The translations under genes and the position numbers were made by a program. Of a stretch of 64,000 bases of DNA, positions 54,882-62,861 are shown piece after piece (position 1 is the stretch's first letter; each line of letters begins with the position of its first letter). The notes below the pieces were generated by a model. That model did not search any database, was not told the origin of the DNA, and worked only from the letters and a program-made list of their open reading frames with translations. The stretch is taken from the NCBI GenBank assembly GCA_020854035.1, contig JADZGE010000069.1, forward strand, positions 363-64,362, read 5' to 3'. Source of the stretch: Burkholderiales bacterium. GTDB lineage: Bacteria > Pseudomonadota > Gammaproteobacteria > Burkholderiales > SG8-41.

Positions 54882-55952
54882 ATGAAGAACGGCAGCAGGA
54901 CCCGGGGAACGGGCGGCTCGCTCGTATTCACCGGTTGCGGGGCAACGAGCGCCATGCCGGGCGCGCCGCAGGCGGGCGGGCGGCGCCGCCACGTGACGGT
55001 GGGCGGACGCCGCGTGACGACGGTCGACGTCCACGCGCACTGCGTCGTGCCCGAGGCGCTCGCGCTGATGGGCCGCGGTGCGGACGAGCAGCAGTTTCCC
55101 GACCTCGACGAAGTGGGCCCGAAGCGCATCGGCGAAATGGACCGGCAGGGCGTGGATATCGAGGCGCTTTCGATCAATCCGTTCTGGTACCGGGCGGAGC
55201 GGGATCTCGCCGCGGAGCTCGTGCGGATCCAAAACGAGCGGCTCGCCGAGATGTGCGCCCGGTATCCCGACCGGTTCGTCGCGTTCGCCTCCGTCGCGCT
55301 GCAGTTTCCGGAGCTCGCCGTCGAGCAGCTCGTGCACGGCGTGAAGAAGCAGGGGTTGCGCGGGGCGGCGGTGGGCGCGAGCTGCGCCGGCGACGAGTTC
55401 TCCGACCCGAAGTTCCACCCGTTCTGGGCGAAGGCGGAGGAACTCGGGGTGCTGATCTTCATCCACCCGCAGAGCACGCCGGACCTCGCGAAGCGCTTCA
55501 GGGGCAACGGCTGGCTCGCCAACACGATCGGCAACCCGCTCGACACCACGATCTGCCTGTCGCATCTTATTTTCGAGGGCACGCTCGACCGCTTCCCGGG
55601 GCTGAAGATCTGCGCGGCGCACGGCGGGGGCTACCTGCCCTCCTACGCGCCGCGCTCCGACCATCCGTGCCGTGTCGCGCCGTGGCACTGCAACCCGGAG
55701 ATCCGGCTGAAGAAGAAGCCGACCGAGTACCTGCGGACGATGTATTACGACACGCTGGTTTTCACCTCCGAGATGCTGCGCCACCTCGCGGCGGAAGTGG
55801 GATCGGGCCAGCTCGTGATCGGCACCGACCACCCGATACCGTGGCACCAGGACCCGGTGACCCACATCATGGAGGCGCCGGGCTTCACCGACGACGAGCG
55901 CCGCGCGATGCTGGGGGAGACGGCGGCGAAGCTCCTCGGCATTCCGGCGTAA
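54882..55952 (+). CDS. amidohydrolase_2 / ACMSD-family metal-dependent hydrolase or decarboxylase
   Basis: ATG at 54882 (start uncertain). Has the HxH motif VDVHAHCV, then IFIHPQ, and AAHGGGYLP late in the barrel. Confidence 0.8.
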   Translation: MKNGSRTRGTGGSLVFTGCGATSAMPGAPQAGGRRRHVTVGGRRVTTVDVHAHCVVPEALALMGRGADEQQFPDLDEVGPKRIGEMDRQGVDIEALSINPFWYRAERDLAAELVRIQNERLAEMCARYPDRFVAFASVALQFPELAVEQLVHGVKKQGLRGAAVGASCAGDEFSDPKFHPFWAKAEELGVLIFIHPQSTPDLAKRFRGNGWLANTIGNPLDTTICLSHLIFEGTLDRFPGLKICAAHGGGYLPSYAPRSDHPCRVAPWHCNPEIRLKKKPTEYLRTMYYDTLVFTSEMLRHLAAEVGSGQLVIGTDHPIPWHQDPVTHIMEAPGFTDDERRAMLGETAAKLLGIPA

Positions 55953-56048
55953 CGGGCGGGTTCCCGAGGTCCACCGCGCCGCCGTCCACCCCCCGATGAG
56001 GGGGTGGCGGGGCAACGGAGTACGCACCACCCCGAAAGGAGAGAAGGA

Positions 56049-57182
56049 ATGATCCGCCGATTCCCTTCGTCTGCCCGTACGCTTGCAACCGGTCTGGCCC
56101 TCGCCTGCCTGGCCGCCGCCGGGTGCGCCGCCTCGGGCGGCGGCGCGGTGAAGCAGGGCTATTTCTTCGTCGGCGGGCGCTACGTGGACACGAAGGCCGG
56201 GCCGATCATGGAGCGGCAGATGTACGTGGAGTATCGCGTGCCCGCCGCGCAGTCGCAGCGCTGGCCGATCGTGATGATCCACGGCGCCGCGCAGACCGGC
56301 ACGAACTTCACCGGCACACCCGATGGCCGCAAGGGCTGGGCCGAGTGGTTCGTCGAACAAGGCTACGCCGTGTACGTGGTGGATCAGCCGGCGCGGGGCC
56401 GGTCGGCGTGGAACGAGTCGGTCGCGCCCGTGATCCGTTTCCCGGCGCACCAGCTCGAGCAGCGCTTCACCGCGACCGCGAACTTCAACCTGTGGCCGCA
56501 GGCGGCTCTCCACACGCAATGGCCGGGGGAGGGGCCGAAGAAGGGCCTGCGCGGCGATCCGGTGTTCGATCAGTTCTACGCGTCGCAGGTCCAGTACGTG
56601 GGCGCCTCGACGGTAAACGAGACGAACAACCGCAGCGCGCTGGCGGCGCTCCTCGACCGGATCGGCCCGGCGATCATCCTTACCCACTCGCAGTCAGGCC
56701 CCTTCGGCTGGGTCGTCGCCGACGAGCGCCCCGCGCTGGTGAAGGCCATCGTGGCCGCCGAGCCGACTGGCCCGCCGTTTCGAAATGCCGTGTTCAACAC
56801 CACCGCCGCGCGGCCCTGGGGCGTGACGTCCACTCCCATGAAGTACGATCCCCCGGTCGCCGACCCGAAGGAGTTGAGGACGCAGGAGCAGGCCGCCCCC
56901 GACGGGCCGAACCTCGTGCGTTGCATCCTGCAGGCGGAACCGGCCCGCAGGCTCGCGTCGCTGCAGCGCATCCCCGTCATGATCTTCGCGGCGGAGGCGT
57001 CCTACCACGCGACATACGACCATTGCACCGCGAAGTTCCTCAACCAGGCCGGCGTGAAGACGGATTTCGTCCGGCTCGAGGACGAGGGCATTCGCGGCAA
57101 CGGGCACATGGTCATGATCGAGAAAAACAACCTGGAGATCGCGGCGCTGATACACCGCTGGCTCGCGGCGAACGTCAAGTAG
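56049..57182 (+). CDS. alpha/beta hydrolase lipoprotein
   Basis: Start at the internal ATG 56049. Lipobox LAAAGC, oxyanion region VMIHGAAQTG, nucleophile elbow THSQSG. Confidence 0.75.
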   Translation: MIRRFPSSARTLATGLALACLAAAGCAASGGGAVKQGYFFVGGRYVDTKAGPIMERQMYVEYRVPAAQSQRWPIVMIHGAAQTGTNFTGTPDGRKGWAEWFVEQGYAVYVVDQPARGRSAWNESVAPVIRFPAHQLEQRFTATANFNLWPQAALHTQWPGEGPKKGLRGDPVFDQFYASQVQYVGASTVNETNNRSALAALLDRIGPAIILTHSQSGPFGWVVADERPALVKAIVAAEPTGPPFRNAVFNTTAARPWGVTSTPMKYDPPVADPKELRTQEQAAPDGPNLVRCILQAEPARRLASLQRIPVMIFAAEASYHATYDHCTAKFLNQAGVKTDFVRLEDEGIRGNGHMVMIEKNNLEIAALIHRWLAANVK

Positions 57183-57221
57183 GCGCCGGGAGCGCGCCTG
57201 CCGCTCTCGCGCGTCGTTGCG

Positions 57222-58427
57222 CTACAGGGTGGGGTTCACCACCTCTCCTCCCAGCGCCGCGAACCCCCACGCGGAAGCCTGCGTGTCCATGCTGAAGCTG
57301 ATGTGTCCGGCGAGTGCGTGGGCATCGCGAACGAGGCGCTCGAGCGGGTAGCTCGTGTAGATGCCGTTCGCGCCCGCCATCGCGTGCAGCAAATCCACCG
57401 CTTCGGTGGCGAGCCCGACCGCGTAGGCGAGGTTGCGCTTGAAGCGGAGCTTCGTCTGGATATCGGGCACTTCGCCCCGATTCGCGATCTCCTGCGCTTC
57501 CAGGCAGTCCCCGCGCAGCGTCAGGCGCGCGGTGTCGATCTTCGCGCCGGCCGCGCCGATCCGCAGCTGGACCGTCTGGAATTCCCGCATCTTCGACCCG
57601 GTGTAGCTGGTGCTCCGCTCCCTGACGAGAGCGATCGAATGTTCGAGCGCGGCCTGCGCGTTGCCCACGGCGCACGCGCCGATGCCGTGGCCGCCGACCG
57701 CGGAGAACGGCACGCGGTAGAGCGGGCTGGAATTCAAGAGCGCGCCGGGAAAGCGGCCCCCGCCCAGCACGTCGTAGGCGCAGAGCGCCCGGTGATCGGG
57801 CACGAACACGTCGTTCGCGACGACCGTCATGCTGCCCGTCGCGCGCATGCCGAGCACGTGCCAGTCGTCAACCACTTCGTAGTCGGAAGAGGGCACGAGG
57901 CAGGTTCGATGATCGACGACCCGCTCGCCCTCGCGCACCACGGCCGAGAGCATGTTCCAGCCGGAGAGGCCGACGCAGCTCGAGAAGTTCCAGCGGCCGG
58001 AGAGCACGAAACCGCCGCCGACCCGGCGCGCGCGGCCCTGCGGAAAGGCGACGCCGGAGGCGATAAAGGCTTCGGGGTCCACGCCCCAGACCTCCTCCTG
58101 CGCCCGCTCGTCGTACATCGCGAGCATCCAGTGGTGGATCTGGAGGTTGGCGAGGCACCACGCCGTCGAGGCGCAGCCGCGCGCGATCTCCAGCGGGAAA
58201 TCCACGTACGCGACGTAGTCGAACTCCATCCCGCCCCGCCGCTTCGGCTGGAGTGTGCGCACGAGGCCCGACGCGTGCAGGTCGTGGATGGTTTCCGGGA
58301 CGAGCGTGCGCGCCGCCTCGGCGGCCGCCGCGCGCTCCCGCAGCCGGGGCACGAGCGCTCGCGCTCGCGCGATAGCCTCCTCGTAGCTGACGCCGGAGAA
58401 GTCCGGCGCCCGCCGCAGGGAGTCCAC
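57222..58427 (-). CDS. acyl-CoA dehydrogenase-fold flavin-dependent monooxygenase (group D oxygenase component)
   Basis: 401 aa with an ACAD-like three-domain layout. The N-terminal region (ETIHDLHASGLVRTLQPKRRGG) resembles HsaA/HpaH-C2-type oxygenases rather than true acyl-CoA dehydrogenases. No reductase gene is present in the window. Confidence 0.7.
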   Translation of the reverse strand: MDSLRRAPDFSGVSYEEAIARARALVPRLRERAAAAEAARTLVPETIHDLHASGLVRTLQPKRRGGMEFDYVAYVDFPLEIARGCASTAWCLANLQIHHWMLAMYDERAQEEVWGVDPEAFIASGVAFPQGRARRVGGGFVLSGRWNFSSCVGLSGWNMLSAVVREGERVVDHRTCLVPSSDYEVVDDWHVLGMRATGSMTVVANDVFVPDHRALCAYDVLGGGRFPGALLNSSPLYRVPFSAVGGHGIGACAVGNAQAALEHSIALVRERSTSYTGSKMREFQTVQLRIGAAGAKIDTARLTLRGDCLEAQEIANRGEVPDIQTKLRFKRNLAYAVGLATEAVDLLHAMAGANGIYTSYPLERLVRDAHALAGHISFSMDTQASAWGFAALGGEVVNPTL

Positions 58428-58434
58428 GCGCGCT

Positions 58435-58968
58435 TTACCGCCGCGCGCCGCGAGCGGCCCGCCGCGGCGTGGCCTTCCGGCCGGCGCGGCGCGCGCGGGC
58501 CCTGCCGTTCGCGCGCGGCATCTTCGAGTAATCCTCGCCGCCCCAGCCGGGATCGGCCTTCACCACGCCGAAGAAGTTCAACTCGATGGTGAGCCCGTCC
58601 GGGTCCTTGAGGAAGAGCTGGAAAAGCTCCGCCTCGGGGAGGCTCCTCGGGCGCACCTTGATGCCGAGCTTGCGAAAGCGCTCCACGAATCCGCCGGGAT
58701 CGGTCGCCAGGAAGGCAATGTGGTCGATTACGCCGGAGTTGTTCCTCGCGGCGTTCCTCGGGCTGCCAAGGTAGTAGAGCGCGGAGTTGGGCACGCCGGC
58801 CTGCGCCAGGTGGACCTGGATCTTGCCGTCCACGCCCAGCCAGTAGCCGGGAAACGGAAACTCAGGCCGGCGCATGACCTCGAAGCCCAGAACCTTGACG
58901 TAGAAATCCTTCGTGCGCTCGAGATTGTTGGCACGCATGAGGTAATGATTGAGCTCGGTTACTGGCAT
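58435..58968 (-). CDS. VOC (glyoxalase/bleomycin resistance/dioxygenase) family protein with an Arg-rich tail
   Basis: Single VOC module (LNHYLMRANNLERTKDFYVKVLGF...IDHIAF...LKDPDGLTIEL) plus a basic tail of about 40 aa (RARARRAGRKATPRRAARGARR). Confidence 0.75.
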   Translation of the reverse strand: MPVTELNHYLMRANNLERTKDFYVKVLGFEVMRRPEFPFPGYWLGVDGKIQVHLAQAGVPNSALYYLGSPRNAARNNSGVIDHIAFLATDPGGFVERFRKLGIKVRPRSLPEAELFQLFLKDPDGLTIELNFFGVVKADPGWGGEDYSKMPRANGRARARRAGRKATPRRAARGARR

Positions 58969-59035
58969 AATTCCCTCTGCAGCGCCAAACCGGGAATGGG
59001 CGTCCGGCGCCGCGGTATTTTAACCGCTCCGCGCC

Positions 59036-59210
59036 ATGAGCTATCGGCTTTGAGCTCCGTGCTGCGCGCTTCGGGCCATGAACTTTGAGCTATTGGCTGT
59101 GAGCCGTGGGCTGTGAGCTGTGAGGTCGCCCCTCGTTCGCAACCCGTAGCCCATAGCCCAAAGCCCATGGCTCAAGGCTCACAGCCCATAGCTCATAGCT
59201 CATAGCGAGG
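59036..59210. repeat. 25 in-register heptamers: 13 x nTGAGCT-like, a 21-nt centre, then 8-9 x AGCYCAY (inverted)
   Basis: atgagct atcggct ttgagct ccgtgct gcgcgct tcgggcc atgaact ttgagct attggct gtgagcc gtgggct gtgagct gtgaggt | cgcccct cgttcgc aacccgt | agcccat agcccaa agcccat ggctcaa ggctcac agcccat agctcat agctcat agcgagg. Positions 59078-59105 are complementary to 59176-59203 at 25 of 28 positions. Confidence 0.95.
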
Positions 59211-59218
59211 AAGACGAC

Positions 59219-60190
59219 ATGGGAATGCTGGTAGAGGGCGTGTGGCAGGATGTCCCGCGCGACACGCGTGCGACGGGCGGCGCGTTCGTGCGGCCCGAGT
59301 CCGTGTTCCGCGACCGCGTGACGGCAGACGGGTCCTCGGGCTTCAGGGCCGAGCCGGGGCGCTACCACCTGTACGTCTCCTACGCGTGCCCGTGGGCGCA
59401 CCGCACGATCGTCTTCCGTGCCCTCAAGGGACTGGAGCGGGTGATCACGATGTCCGCGGCCGACCCGGTAAGCGAGCCGAACGGCTGGACCTACGAGAGC
59501 CGGCCCGACACCGCGAACGGCGTGCGCCATCTCCACGAGGCGTACGTCAGGGCGCGGCGCGATTACACGGGCCGGGTGACGGTGCCGGCGCTCTGGGACC
59601 GCGAGAGGCAGACCATCGTCAACAACGAGTCTTCCGAGATCATCCGGATGCTCAATACCGCGTTCGACGCGTTCGCGACGCGCGAGCTGCCGGACATGTA
59701 CCCGGACGCACTGCGCGGGGAAATCGACCGCTGGAACGACTTGATCTACCCCTCCGTCAACAACGGCGTCTACCGCGCGGGCTTCGCCACCGCGCAGGAC
59801 AAGTACGAGGAGGCCGCGCGCGGCGTGTTCGATACCTTCGACCGGCTGGAGCGGCATCTCGCGGGCAGCCGCTATCTCTGCGGCGACAGCGTGACGGAAG
59901 CGGACTGGCGCCTGTTCACGACCCTCGTGCGCTTCGACAGCGTCTACCACTACCACTTCAAGTGCAACCTCGCGCGGCTCACCGACTATCCGGGCCTCTG
60001 GGCCTATACCCGCGAGCTCTACCAGTATCCCGGCGTCGCGGCGACCGTGGATCTCAAGGAAATCAAGGAGCACTACTACCGCAGCCAGCCGCGCGTCAAT
60101 CCGAGCGGTGTGGTCGCAATCGGCCCGCGCCTCGACGAGCGGGATTTCATGGCGCCGCACGGCCGGGACGTGGTAAAGGTGACGGGATGA
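59219..60190 (+). CDS. Xi-class glutathione transferase (glutathionyl-hydroquinone reductase, YqjG/PcpF-like)
   Basis: Signature YVSYACPWAHRT (CPWA catalytic Cys), 323 aa. Confidence 0.9.
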   Translation: MGMLVEGVWQDVPRDTRATGGAFVRPESVFRDRVTADGSSGFRAEPGRYHLYVSYACPWAHRTIVFRALKGLERVITMSAADPVSEPNGWTYESRPDTANGVRHLHEAYVRARRDYTGRVTVPALWDRERQTIVNNESSEIIRMLNTAFDAFATRELPDMYPDALRGEIDRWNDLIYPSVNNGVYRAGFATAQDKYEEAARGVFDTFDRLERHLAGSRYLCGDSVTEADWRLFTTLVRFDSVYHYHFKCNLARLTDYPGLWAYTRELYQYPGVAATVDLKEIKEHYYRSQPRVNPSGVVAIGPRLDERDFMAPHGRDVVKVTG

Positions 60191-60210
60191 TGGTGACGCG
60201 CGGTTCGCAT

Positions 60211-60294
60211 CGTCACTCGTATCTCGTCACTCGTATCTCGTCACCCGTATCCCGTCACCCGTATCCCGTCACCCGTATCTTGCCACCTCCTTTG
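60211..60294. repeat. 6 x 14-nt tandem repeat (CGTCACYCGTATCY; complement contains GGTGACG)
   Basis: cgtcactcgtatct x2, cgtcacccgtatcc x2, cgtcacccgtatct, then the degenerate tgccacctcctttg. Lies between the GST stop and the coxL-like paralog 3 start. Confidence 0.95.
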
Positions 60295-60311
60295 CGCGAA
60301 AAGGCAGAGCC

Positions 60312-62606
60312 GTGACCAGCGAGTTCAAGGGCCGGCGCGAGGATTACCGCCTCGTGACGGGACAGGGCAGGTACGCATCGGACTGGAACCTGCCGGGGCA
60401 GGTGCACGGGGCCTTCCTGCGCGCGGACCGGGCGCACGCGGACATCGTCTCGATCGACACGGCGCGGGCGAAGAAGGCGCCGGGGGTCGTCGCGGTGCTG
60501 ACGGGCGCGGACCTCGCTTCCGAGAAGCTGGGCGTCCCGCCGCCGCACGTCAAGTTCCCGGGACGCGGCGGCATGGCGCTGAAGGTTCCGCACCGCGACC
60601 TGCTGGCACGAGACCGGGTGCGTTTCGTCGGACAGGAAGTGGCGCTGGTTCTCGCCGAAGCCCCTGCTGCCGCGCGCGACGCCGCCGATCTCATCGACGT
60701 GGCTTACCGTGACCTTCCCGTGGTGACGGTCGGCGAGGCGGCGCTGGCGGCGGGCGCGCCGCAGTTGCACGCGGAAATCCCGGGTAACCTCTGCTTCGAC
60801 TACCAGTACGGCGACGAGGCGAGAACGGCGGAGGCTTTCGCGCGCGCGGCCCACGTGGCGCGCGTCACCCTGACCGCGCAGCGGATGGTGGGCAACCCGA
60901 TGGAGCCGCGTGCCTGCCTCGCGGCCTGGGACGCCGCGGCGGAACGCTACGACCTGTGGTCGTGCTCGCAGGGGATGTCGCATATCCTGTCGGGACTGTC
61001 GGGCATTTTCGGGCTGCCCGAAGCGAGATTCCGGGCGCACGCACGGGACGTGGGCGGCGGCTTCGGTATACGTACCGACGCCTACGTCGAGTATGCGGCG
61101 GCGCTCGTCGCCGCGCGCCGGCTCGGCCGGCCGGTGAAGTGGGTGTCCTCGCGCTCCGAGACCTTCCTCTCCGACTACCAGGGCCGCGACGTGCTGCTGG
61201 AGGGCGCGCTCGCACTCGACGGCGCGGGCCGGTTTATCGGGCTCCGCGTGAACTGGCTCTGCAACATGGGCGCCTACCTGTCGCAGCCCGGCCCGATCAT
61301 CAACACTCTCCCCGCGACGACGCACATGGTGAACGCCTACCGCATCCCGGTGCTTCACGGCAGGCACCGCCTGGCGTTCACCAACACGGCGCCGACCACG
61401 GCGTATCGCGGCGCCTTCCGGCCGAACGTGAGCTACCTCCTCGAAAGCCTCGCGGAGCAGGCTGCGCGCGAGACGGGTATCGACCGAGTGGCGCTCCGGC
61501 GCCGCAACGTCATCCCGCGAGAAGCGTTCCCACATCAGACGCCGACCGTCGTCTACGACAGCGGCGACCCTCCGGGATTGCTCGATCTCGCGGTCGAGCA
61601 ATCCTCATGGAAGACATTCGATGGCAGGCGCGATGCCTCGAAGCGCGAGGGCAGGTTGCGGGGGATCGGCTGCGCGGTGTTCATCGAGCCCTCGGGCGGC
61701 GGGACCGCGCCCAGGGAGGAGGTCGCGATCAAGTTCGGCGATTCCGGAAACGCGTCGATCTACACTCTCGCGGGCCCGTCGGGGCAGGGGCACGAGACCG
61801 TGTTTCCCGATATCGTCGCGGAGGTGCTGGGCCTGAGCGCGGAGAAGCTGGTCCTTCACGCGAGCGACCCGGCAGGACCGGCGCTCGTCGGCGGTGGCAC
61901 GATCTCCTCGCGCTCGTCGATCTCGCACGGCAGCGCGATGGTGTTCGCGGCGCGCGAGGTGATCCGCAAGGCGCTCGATCTCGCGGCGAAGGACCTCGAA
62001 GTCGCGCCCGCCGACCTGGAGTTCGTGGCCGGCGAGTTCCGCGTCAAGGGCACGGACTTGAGGGTGGCGATGGAAACCCTCGCCCGCAGGCATGCAAGCG
62101 CGCTCGATTCGATGGGCGAGATTCCGACGCCGCGCTCCTACGCGGGCGGCGCGCACGTGGCGGAGGTCGAGATCGACCCCGAGACCGGCGCGATCGAGCT
62201 CCTGCGCTACGTCGCGGCCGACGACTGCGGGCGGGTACTGAACCACACGCTCCTCGACGGGCAGCTCCACGGCGGCATCGTGCAGGGGGCGGGACAGGCG
62301 CTGGGCGAGCACTGCCGCTACGACCCCGCCACGGGGCAGCTCCTTACCGGGAGCTTCATGGACTACTACATGCCGCGCGCGGGGCTGCTGCGCGACGTGC
62401 GGCTCTTCGACCACTGCGTGCCCGCGCCGGGCAATCCCCTCGGCGTGAAAGGGGCGGGCGAAGCCGGCACGACCGGGGCCGTGCCCGCCATCGCCAACGC
62501 GGTGCTGGACGCGCTCGCGCCGCTGAAGATACGGCAGCTCGAGTTTCCCTACACCCCGGCGCGGGTGTGGGAGGCGATACGGGCTGCCAGGCGGAATCAG
62601 GATTAG
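60312..62606 (+). CDS. xanthine dehydrogenase family molybdopterin-binding large subunit, paralog 3 (divergent)
   Basis: GTG start, 764 aa. The active-site loop variant is TAYRGAFRP (about 61401-61421). No adjacent M or S subunit genes. Confidence 0.9.
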   Translation: MTSEFKGRREDYRLVTGQGRYASDWNLPGQVHGAFLRADRAHADIVSIDTARAKKAPGVVAVLTGADLASEKLGVPPPHVKFPGRGGMALKVPHRDLLARDRVRFVGQEVALVLAEAPAAARDAADLIDVAYRDLPVVTVGEAALAAGAPQLHAEIPGNLCFDYQYGDEARTAEAFARAAHVARVTLTAQRMVGNPMEPRACLAAWDAAAERYDLWSCSQGMSHILSGLSGIFGLPEARFRAHARDVGGGFGIRTDAYVEYAAALVAARRLGRPVKWVSSRSETFLSDYQGRDVLLEGALALDGAGRFIGLRVNWLCNMGAYLSQPGPIINTLPATTHMVNAYRIPVLHGRHRLAFTNTAPTTAYRGAFRPNVSYLLESLAEQAARETGIDRVALRRRNVIPREAFPHQTPTVVYDSGDPPGLLDLAVEQSSWKTFDGRRDASKREGRLRGIGCAVFIEPSGGGTAPREEVAIKFGDSGNASIYTLAGPSGQGHETVFPDIVAEVLGLSAEKLVLHASDPAGPALVGGGTISSRSSISHGSAMVFAAREVIRKALDLAAKDLEVAPADLEFVAGEFRVKGTDLRVAMETLARRHASALDSMGEIPTPRSYAGGAHVAEVEIDPETGAIELLRYVAADDCGRVLNHTLLDGQLHGGIVQGAGQALGEHCRYDPATGQLLTGSFMDYYMPRAGLLRDVRLFDHCVPAPGNPLGVKGAGEAGTTGAVPAIANAVLDALAPLKIRQLEFPYTPARVWEAIRAARRNQD

Positions 62607-62643
62607 CCGCAGAGGCGCAGAGGGCGCGGAGAAATGCGGAAAA
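62607..62643. repeat. degenerate 8-10-nt word repeats (GCAGAG/GCGGAG) right after the stop codon
   Basis: ccgcagag gcgcagag ggcgcggaga aatgcggaaa. Confidence 0.6.
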
Positions 62644-62861
62644 CATGCCGGTAGTAACCGCAGCCCGGCCAGATCCCCGGGGGCGCGACGAACCCGAAGA
62701 GCGGCGGCCGCAACCGCAGCGTGCGTGCCGCGCGCACGGCGCATCCCCTCCGGTATGCGGCGATCAGGCCAACACGGCGGCAGCGCCGGATGCGCAGACC
62801 CGCCGGACTGCGCCGTCACGGGCCTCGTTCGCGAGGGGCGCGCCGGGGCCGGTCCGCCGGT

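Noticed and set aside
60211-60294. CRISPR interpretation of the tandem arrays (also 53230-53294 and 59036-59210).
   Set aside because: The units are 7-14 nt and directly abutting, with no unique spacers, no repeats of 24-40 nt and no cas genes in the window.
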